DNA of 30,808 nt from an uncultured Bacilli bacterium (lineage in GTDB: Bacteria; Bacillota_I; Bacilli_A; RF39; UBA660): the NCBI GenBank assembly GCA_947624075.1, contig CANQIM010000001.1:1-30808 (forward strand), read 5' to 3'. The translations under genes and the position numbers were made by a program. Of this stretch, positions 24,831 through 30,808 are shown in pieces (position 1 is the stretch's first letter; each line of letters starts with the position of its first letter). A model generated the notes under the pieces. The model was given only the letters and a program-made list of their open reading frames with translations, had not been told where the DNA came from and did not search any database.

Positions 24831-25503
24831 GCAAAAAAAGACAGGTCAAGTTATAGTTATTTCTTCACCTAGTGGTGGTGGAAAAGGAAGTATTATTCAA
24901 GGGCTATTAAAAAATGATAATAAATCAAGAGTTCTTTCAGTATCAACAACTTCACGAGCAATGAGAGAAAATGATATTGAAGGGGTTACTTATAATTTTG
25001 TTTCTAAAGAAGAGTTTGAAGAACTAATTAAGAAAGATTATTTTTTAGAATATACAAATTATGTAGGAAATTATTATGGTACACCAAGAAATTTTATTAA
25101 GGATAAGTTAGAAGAAGGAATAGATGTTATTTTAGAAATTGAAATTGAAGGAGCATCTAATATTAAAAAGTTAATTCCAGAAGCCATATTTATTTTTATA
25201 ATGCCACCTTCTTTGAAGACGCTAGTTACAAGATTAAAAAAGAGAAATACCGATAGTAATGATAAGATTATTGAAAGATTTAATACAGCTTATAAGGAAA
25301 TAAATGAAGTAACAAAATATAACTATGTTGTTGTTAATGATGTATTGGAAGATGCTATTGAAAAGGTGGAAGCTATTATTAAAGCAGAAAAATGCCGAGT
25401 TGATCGAATTGAAGAAGTTTATCTTGATACAAAAGAGGAAGAAATTCACGAGTTGTTAATGGATGAAGAATTTGATAATACAAATTTAGCGGAGAAGATT
25501 TAG
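24823..25503 (+). CDS. gmk: Guanylate kinase
   Basis: SPSGGGKGS P-loop, SVSTTSR.MR, EGVTYNFV, FLEY, YYGTP, IFIMPPS; GGAGG SD; acidic C-terminal extension. Confidence 0.95.
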   Translation: MIKQKKTGQVIVISSPSGGGKGSIIQGLLKNDNKSRVLSVSTTSRAMRENDIEGVTYNFVSKEEFEELIKKDYFLEYTNYVGNYYGTPRNFIKDKLEEGIDVILEIEIEGASNIKKLIPEAIFIFIMPPSLKTLVTRLKKRNTDSNDKIIERFNTAYKEINEVTKYNYVVVNDVLEDAIEKVEAIIKAEKCRVDRIEEVYLDTKEEEIHELLMDEEFDNTNLAEKI

Positions 25504-25818
25504 ATGAAAGAATATTTAAGTAATTATGTAAATGATTTAGAAAAGAAAAAAGAAGCATCTAAGGAAGAGCTTGAGGAAATTCTAGTTAAGATAAATTTTT
25601 TTCAACATGAAAGATTAATTCATTTAATCGTAACTTTTTTTGTAGGAATTGCTGCTTGTTTATTTTTATTAGGCTTTATTTTTTCAGAAAACATCTTTTT
25701 ATTACCACTTTTTTTACTACTCATATGTTTATTTATTCCTTATATATTCCATTATTATTTTTTGGAAAATAATGTTCAAAAGCTTTACAAAATTTATGAT
25801 AGATTAAGAAAAAATTGA
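25504..25818 (+). CDS. Small two-TM hypothetical membrane protein
   Basis: 104 aa, starts directly after the gmk stop; FFQHERLIHL and HYYFLEN motifs flank a helical hairpin. Confidence 0.75.
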   Translation: MKEYLSNYVNDLEKKKEASKEELEEILVKINFFQHERLIHLIVTFFVGIAACLFLLGFIFSENIFLLPLFLLLICLFIPYIFHYYFLENNVQKLYKIYDRLRKN

Positions 25819-25841
25819 GATTTTAAAGTCTCAATTTTTTT
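25809..25841. terminator. Bidirectional intrinsic terminator between convergent transcription units
   Basis: Perfect inverted repeat AAAAAATTGAGA (25809-25820) / TCTCAATTTTTT (25829-25840), with A and T runs at its two ends. Confidence 0.85.
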
Positions 25842-25892
25842 ATAAATAATTAATATTTTTATTTACCCTTACCTACTCTTTGGATTGGTTAT

Positions 25893-27308
25893 TTATTCTT
25901 TGATTTGTTCAATTTTTAATAAATTCGTAGGAGTTGCTTCTTTTGAATTGGGAAAAGCTCCTGTAGTAATAATAATATCATTTGTATTTAAAGGAACAAA
26001 CTCTTTAGCTTTTTTTATACTTTCTGTTAAAATTTCATCTGTTGAATCAAGATAAGGAATTTCCTTAGTATAGACACCCCAATTTAGAGCAAGTCTTCTA
26101 CCCATTTTTAAATCAGGACATAAGGCAAGAATTAAAGCATTAGGTTTTAAATTAGAAATTGTACGAGCTGTTGCTCCACTTATTGTAGTTGCACAAATTA
26201 CTTTAGCACCTAGACGATTAGCACTTTCAACAACGCTTTCACAAATAGCCATTGGAACACTTGTAATGGCTTGCTTTTCGGCAATATAATCAAACGATGT
26301 ATACATTTCTGTTGTCTCACAAATACGAGCCATAGCTTCTACTGTTTCAACAGGATGTTTTCCCACTGTAGTTTCGCCACTTAACATAACAGCATCTGTT
26401 CCATCAATTACAGCGTTAGCAATATCACTTGTCTCAGCTCTTTTAGGACGGTTTTCCTCCATCATGGTTTCAAGCATTTCAGTTGCTACCACACAAACCT
26501 TGCCTTTAGCTCGACATTTTTTAATAATTTCTTTTTGAATAATGGGAAGACGTTCTGATAATATTTCTGTTCCAAGATCACCTCTTGCTATCATGATACC
26601 GTCACATTCTTCTAGAATTTCGTCAAGGTTTTCTATGCCTAACGCACTTTCTATTTTACAAATTATTTGTAAGTCTTCTCGATTATATTTTCTTAAAAGC
26701 TCTTTAACTTCTAAAACGTTATCTTTGGAAGAAACAAAAGATATAGCCAAAAATTCGCCACCTGTTTTACAAGCATACTCTATATCTTCTAGGTCAGCTT
26801 CGCTTATATATGGAATATTTAATTTTACACCTGGAACACTAAAACTTTTATGACTACCTAAAACGCCACCTGCTATTATTTCACAAGTAATACCATATTC
26901 TTCTTTTGATAAGACTTTTAATTTCATTTTACCATTTTCTAATAATATTTCTGTTCCAATAGAAAAGTCTTTCAATATATTGGGATGGTTTACACTTATT
27001 TTTTCTTCTGTTCCCAAACAATTATCATTTACTATACGAATCGTTTTACCTTCTACTAGATTAATGCCATTATTTGAGACTTCTCCACCACGAAATTCTG
27101 GTCCTTTTGTGTCCCACATGATAGCAATATTTTTATCAGTTTTTTTACGAACACTTCGTATAGCTGCTACTACTGCATTTCTTTGCTCAATTGGAGCATG
27201 CGTGAAATTAATACGAGCAACATTCATGCCAGCAAGAATCATTTTTTCCATTACATCAATATCACTACTAGCTGGACCTATACTACAAATAATTTTTGTT
27301 TTCTTCAT
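25893..27308 (-). CDS. pyk: Pyruvate kinase
   Basis: KTKIICSIGPAS, DTKGPEFR, KIES, MIARGDLG, ATEMLETM, DAVMLSGET. Start reassigned to ATG 27308 behind a GGAGGT SD; no C-terminal PEP-utiliser extension. Confidence 0.97.
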   Translation of the reverse strand: MKKTKIICSIGPASSDIDVMEKMILAGMNVARINFTHAPIEQRNAVVAAIRSVRKKTDKNIAIMWDTKGPEFRGGEVSNNGINLVEGKTIRIVNDNCLGTEEKISVNHPNILKDFSIGTEILLENGKMKLKVLSKEEYGITCEIIAGGVLGSHKSFSVPGVKLNIPYISEADLEDIEYACKTGGEFLAISFVSSKDNVLEVKELLRKYNREDLQIICKIESALGIENLDEILEECDGIMIARGDLGTEILSERLPIIQKEIIKKCRAKGKVCVVATEMLETMMEENRPKRAETSDIANAVIDGTDAVMLSGETTVGKHPVETVEAMARICETTEMYTSFDYIAEKQAITSVPMAICESVVESANRLGAKVICATTISGATARTISNLKPNALILALCPDLKMGRRLALNWGVYTKEIPYLDSTDEILTESIKKAKEFVPLNTNDIIITTGAFPNSKEATPTNLLKIEQIKE

Positions 27309-27362
27309 TTTGCTACCTCCTAGATTTTCTAAGTTTATCATAAGTATTTAGCACTTACAAGA

Positions 27363-28184
27363 CTATTTTTGACAGATAGGACAATAATATGTACCTCTTC
27401 CACCAACTTTTATCTTTAAAATTTCATTTCCACAAACATTACATTTTTCTTTGGCCCTACCATGAACTAATAATTCATTTTGAAACAAGCCATGAACTCC
27501 TTCACTAGAAGTAAAAGTTCTAATAGTAGTTCCACCTAATTTGATAGCTTTTTCTAAAACTTCTTGGCAATTTTTTATAATAAGACGGCATTCTTCCAAA
27601 GTAATATCACAGGCTTTTCTAGTAGGACTTATCTTACTCATAAATAAAATTTCATCATCATAAATGTTACCAATTCCTGTAATAATACTTTGATCTAGAA
27701 GAACTGTTTTTATAGGCAACTTTTTATTATGAATTTTTTCATATAAATACTCTTTAGTTAGGTTTTTATCATTATATTCTAGTCCTAATTCTGATAAAGG
27801 TTTCATTTCATCCAATTTACTGGTTGGAATAAGATACATCTTGCCAAATTTACGAACATCATGAAAGCGAAAACTAATATTATTATCAAGTATTAATTCA
27901 ACATGTTCATGCTTATTTCTTTCCTCACCTTTTTTTCTAAAGGTAAATTTACCTTCCATACGTAAATGGACTAAAAGTGTATCTTTATCTAAAGTCATAA
28001 CAATAAATTTACCTCTAGTCTTAATTTCATTTATTTTTTGATTGATAATTTTTTTCTTAAATTCATCTGTTAAAGGATAAGCAATTATATTATCCCAATA
28101 AATGTTACAATCCGTTATTTTTTTACCAATTAATTTATCTTTTAAAGTATTGGCAACTGTAATTACTTCTGGTTTTTCAGGCAT
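27363..28184 (-). CDS. mutM: Formamidopyrimidine-DNA glycosylase / AP lyase
   Basis: N-terminal MPE.PEV, RGKF, HLRMEG, DVRKFG, LLDQ..ITGIGNIY.DE, C-terminal CxxC...CPICQ zinc finger. Start reassigned to ATG 28184 behind an AGGAGG SD. Confidence 0.96.
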   Translation of the reverse strand: MPEKPEVITVANTLKDKLIGKKITDCNIYWDNIIAYPLTDEFKKKIINQKINEIKTRGKFIVMTLDKDTLLVHLRMEGKFTFRKKGEERNKHEHVELILDNNISFRFHDVRKFGKMYLIPTSKLDEMKPLSELGLEYNDKNLTKEYLYEKIHNKKLPIKTVLLDQSIITGIGNIYDDEILFMSKISPTRKACDITLEECRLIIKNCQEVLEKAIKLGGTTIRTFTSSEGVHGLFQNELLVHGRAKEKCNVCGNEILKIKVGGRGTYYCPICQK

Positions 28185-28194
28185 AAACTTCCTC

Positions 28195-30807
28195 CTATTT
28201 AGCTTCGTACCAATTACTGCCGACTTCAATATCTACTTTTAATGGTACACTTAATTTAAAAGTATTTTCCATAGTATTTTTTACTATTTCTTTTACTTCT
28301 TCTAATTCAGTATCTAAAACATTAAAAACTAATTCATCGTGAACTTGAATTAACATTTTACTTTTTAAATGACGTTTTTCAAACTCTTGAAAAATTTCTA
28401 CCATAGCCTTTTTTAAAATATCAGCAGCAGTTCCTTGAATTGGTGTATTAAGAGCAATTCTTTCTCCACTACTTCTAATCATATAATTTTTATTATTTAA
28501 CTCTTCAATAATTCTTTTACGGTTCATTAGTGTTTTGACATAACCATACTTATAAGCATTAGCTTTTTCTTCTTCCATATATTCTTTGATACCAGGATAT
28601 GTTTCTAGATAATTATCCATAAATTTTTTTGCTGTTGCGATATCGATACCTAAGTCTTCTGAAAGGCCAAAACTACTTATTCCATATAAAATACCAAAGT
28701 TAACAGCCTTTGCTGTACGACGCATATCTTTTGTTACTTCTTCAATTGGTACTTTAAAAATGTCACTAGCTGTTTTAGCATGAATATCTTTATCATCAAT
28801 AAAAGCTTGAATTAAATTAGTAGCATTTGAAACATGAGCAAAAATTCGTAATTCTACTTGGGAATAATCACTTGATAAAATTTTAGAATTTTCATCTGGT
28901 ACAAAGGCCTTTCTAATTAAACGAGCATATTCATTACGAGCAGGAATATTTTGTAAATTTGGCGAAATGCTAGAAAGTCTTCCTGTCCTAGTTAATGTTT
29001 GCGTAAAAATAGTATGAATACGACCATCTTCTCTAACTTCTGCTTTTAATCCTACAGCATAATTAGTATATAATTTAGAAATAGTTCTATAATCTAATAT
29101 TTTATCAACAATAGGATGAACAAATCTAATTTTATCTAGTATTTCCTTGCTGGTAGAGAACTTATTATCTTTAATTTTTTTAGGATAAGGAATTTCTAAC
29201 TTTTCAAAAAGAACAATACCTAATTGACTTGGTGACATAATGTTAAATTTAGTGCCAGCTAAATCATAAATTTCTATTTCTAATTTATCCATTTGCTCTT
29301 TCAATTCATTTTCTACAGAAGTTAAATAATCAGTATTTACTTTTATACCTGTTATTTCCATATCAGCTAAAACAAGTGAAAGAGGCATTTCAATGTTATA
29401 AAATAAATCAGTTTCTTCGGCTTCTTCTATTTCTTTTAAAAGCCTTTCTTTTGTTTCGTATATAAATTTGGCTTTGTTATAGCAAACTTCTTGTAATTCA
29501 CCTTCAATAACTATTTTTGGTTTTTTGTCAGAACCATACATTTCTTCATATAAAGGTATATCATAATCAAGCTGACGGGCAACAAAGGCTATATCATCTT
29601 TTATAATATAATCAAGAAGATATGTTGCAATCATAGTATCAAAAGTGACATTAGCAAATTTAACTCCATAATTGTTCAATACAACAATATTTTTCTTTAA
29701 ATCATAAGTATATTTTTTATAATTGCTTTCAAAAATATCTTTGTTGGCAATAATTTCATCTTTTGATAGGAACAAAGCTTTCTCTCCATTATATAGACCC
29801 ATGCCTAATATTTCACTTTTACTATAGACTGAGCCTCTCGTTTCTAAATAAAAGGCAAATTCTTTATCTTTAAAGTCAGCGATTGTTCCTATTTTTATTC
29901 TTTCTTTTTCCTTCTTCTTCTCTTCTTTTTTAGTTTCAAAATCGTTAAAATCTAGTTTTTTTAATATTGAATAAAATTCTAACTCTTCAAGTTCTTGTAT
30001 AAATTCTTCTTTTTTAAAGCCATTATATTTACAATCTTCTAAAGTAAAATCAAGGGGAACCTCACGATAGATGGTTGCGATATCATAAGACATGTAGGCA
30101 TCAGCTTTTCCGGCAATTAGCTTTTCTTGAGTTTTACCTTTTATTTCATCAATATGTTCATATAAATTATCTAAACTTTGATATTTTTCTAAAAGACTTA
30201 TAGCTGTTTTTTCACCTATGCCTTTGACACCAGGAATATTGTCACTTGAATCTCCCATAAGGGCTTTTAAATCAATCATTCTAATTGGATCAACATGATA
30301 AGTATTTCTAAACTCTTTTTTGTCCATCATGATATGACCCGTTTGTTTTAACAATTTTACTTCTACTTCATCGCTTATCAATTGTAATAAGTCCTTATCA
30401 CTACTTACGATAGTCGCGATAAATTCATCTTCTTCATCAACAATTTTAGCAAGAGTACCTATAATGTCATCAGCTTCATAATTATCTATTTCAAATGATT
30501 TAATTCCCATAGTCTTTAAAATTTCTTTAGCTTTAGGAAACTGTAGACGTAACTCATCAGGCATCTCTTGACGACCAGCTTTATAGCTTTCATATTTATC
30601 ATGTCTAAAGGTTTTCCCCTTATCAAAAGCAACAACTATATAAGAAGGATTTTCCTCTTTTATAATCTTGTTCATCATATTGATAAAGCCATATAAGGCA
30701 TTAGTTGGAAAACCTTTAGAGTTTCTCATGATAACTCCTTGATATGCAGTTGCATAAAAACTTCTAAATAATAAGTTATTACCATCAACTAAAATTATTT
30801 TTTTCAT
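28195..30807 (-). CDS. polA: DNA polymerase I
   Basis: 5'-3' exonuclease motifs (LVDG, EADD, DKD, GDSSDNIPGV); motif A DYSQVELR, motif B RRTAKAVNFGILYG, motif C VHDE. Confidence 0.99.
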   Translation of the reverse strand: MKKIILVDGNNLLFRSFYATAYQGVIMRNSKGFPTNALYGFINMMNKIIKEENPSYIVVAFDKGKTFRHDKYESYKAGRQEMPDELRLQFPKAKEILKTMGIKSFEIDNYEADDIIGTLAKIVDEEDEFIATIVSSDKDLLQLISDEVEVKLLKQTGHIMMDKKEFRNTYHVDPIRMIDLKALMGDSSDNIPGVKGIGEKTAISLLEKYQSLDNLYEHIDEIKGKTQEKLIAGKADAYMSYDIATIYREVPLDFTLEDCKYNGFKKEEFIQELEELEFYSILKKLDFNDFETKKEEKKKEKERIKIGTIADFKDKEFAFYLETRGSVYSKSEILGMGLYNGEKALFLSKDEIIANKDIFESNYKKYTYDLKKNIVVLNNYGVKFANVTFDTMIATYLLDYIIKDDIAFVARQLDYDIPLYEEMYGSDKKPKIVIEGELQEVCYNKAKFIYETKERLLKEIEEAEETDLFYNIEMPLSLVLADMEITGIKVNTDYLTSVENELKEQMDKLEIEIYDLAGTKFNIMSPSQLGIVLFEKLEIPYPKKIKDNKFSTSKEILDKIRFVHPIVDKILDYRTISKLYTNYAVGLKAEVREDGRIHTIFTQTLTRTGRLSSISPNLQNIPARNEYARLIRKAFVPDENSKILSSDYSQVELRIFAHVSNATNLIQAFIDDKDIHAKTASDIFKVPIEEVTKDMRRTAKAVNFGILYGISSFGLSEDLGIDIATAKKFMDNYLETYPGIKEYMEEEKANAYKYGYVKTLMNRKRIIEELNNKNYMIRSSGERIALNTPIQGTAADILKKAMVEIFQEFEKRHLKSKMLIQVHDELVFNVLDTELEEVKEIVKNTMENTFKLSVPLKVDIEVGSNWYEAK

Positions 30808-30808
30808 T

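Noticed and set aside
24850-24900. Gmk P-loop SSPSGGGKGS lacking the first Gly
   Set aside because: That position varies among guanylate kinases (e.g. SAPSGAGK types); the GK[ST]-type core is retained.
2662-27341. Longer N-termini given by the ORF track for mreC, radC, copA, ftsA, murB, murG and pyk
   Set aside because: In each case the extra codons contain the SD and a downstream ATG matches the family start; these are not real extensions.
3637-27351. Short opposite-strand ORFs in the track (3637-3852, 4088-4312, 4705-4908, 4905-5123, 7247-7435, 7818-8027, 10171-10353, 10893-11084, 11482-11787, 12211-12486, 13294-13482, 17186-17455, 18101-18316, 21630-21866, 25234-25449, 26542-26853, 26980-27351)
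   Set aside because: All lie antisense to well-supported genes and have no recognisable motifs; they look like shadow ORFs.
28160-28229. MutM N-terminal extension and PEKPEV instead of PELPEV
   Set aside because: The extension is an ORF-caller artefact (ATG 28184 has an AGGAGG SD); catalytic Pro2 and Glu3 are intact, so the variant is minor.
29300-29950. PolA lacks recognisable 3'-5' exonuclease catalytic motifs
   Set aside because: A vestigial proofreading domain is normal for Firmicute Pol I.
1-30808. Mollicute-type recoding (TGA = Trp)
   Set aside because: All recognisable genes are full length under code 11, and TGA acts as stop for murG (22420-22422) and the 104-aa gene (25816-25818).
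1-30808. tRNA, rRNA, riboswitch or CRISPR array
   Set aside because: Intergenic gaps are short (under 200 bp) and accounted for by promoters and terminators; no cloverleaf or regularly spaced repeats seen.

Overview
AT-rich core-chromosome segment of a Bacilli-type Firmicute using genetic code 11. Sporulation plus peptidoglycan genes in a streamlined layout suggest an uncultured gut lineage such as RF39 (inference). In transcription order, the minus strand carries polA-mutM-pyk, then a dcw remnant (murG-murB-divIB-[five tandem paralogous polytopic membrane proteins]-ftsA-ftsZ), a YcxB-like gene, a BaiA/3-alpha-HSDH-like SDR, a BspA-type LRR membrane protein, a csoR-copA-ttcA operon, and a SpoIIB-like SPOR gene-radC-mreC-mreD-spoIVFA-spoIVFB. 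The plus strand carries tmcAL-gmk-small membrane protein. I found no RNA genes, CRISPR arrays, IS elements or phage genes. The main observations are: (1) an array of five diverged GT-C-like (lipid-donor glycosyltransferase-like) paralogs wired into the division cluster between divIB and ftsA; (2) probable non-canonical start codons, AUA for tmcAL (the enzyme that guards against AUA misreading) and AUU for the last array gene; (3) a probable bile-acid 3-alpha-HSDH; (4) loss of mreB/minCD from their usual locus. All family calls rest on motif recognition and recalled reference sequences; no database searches were run.
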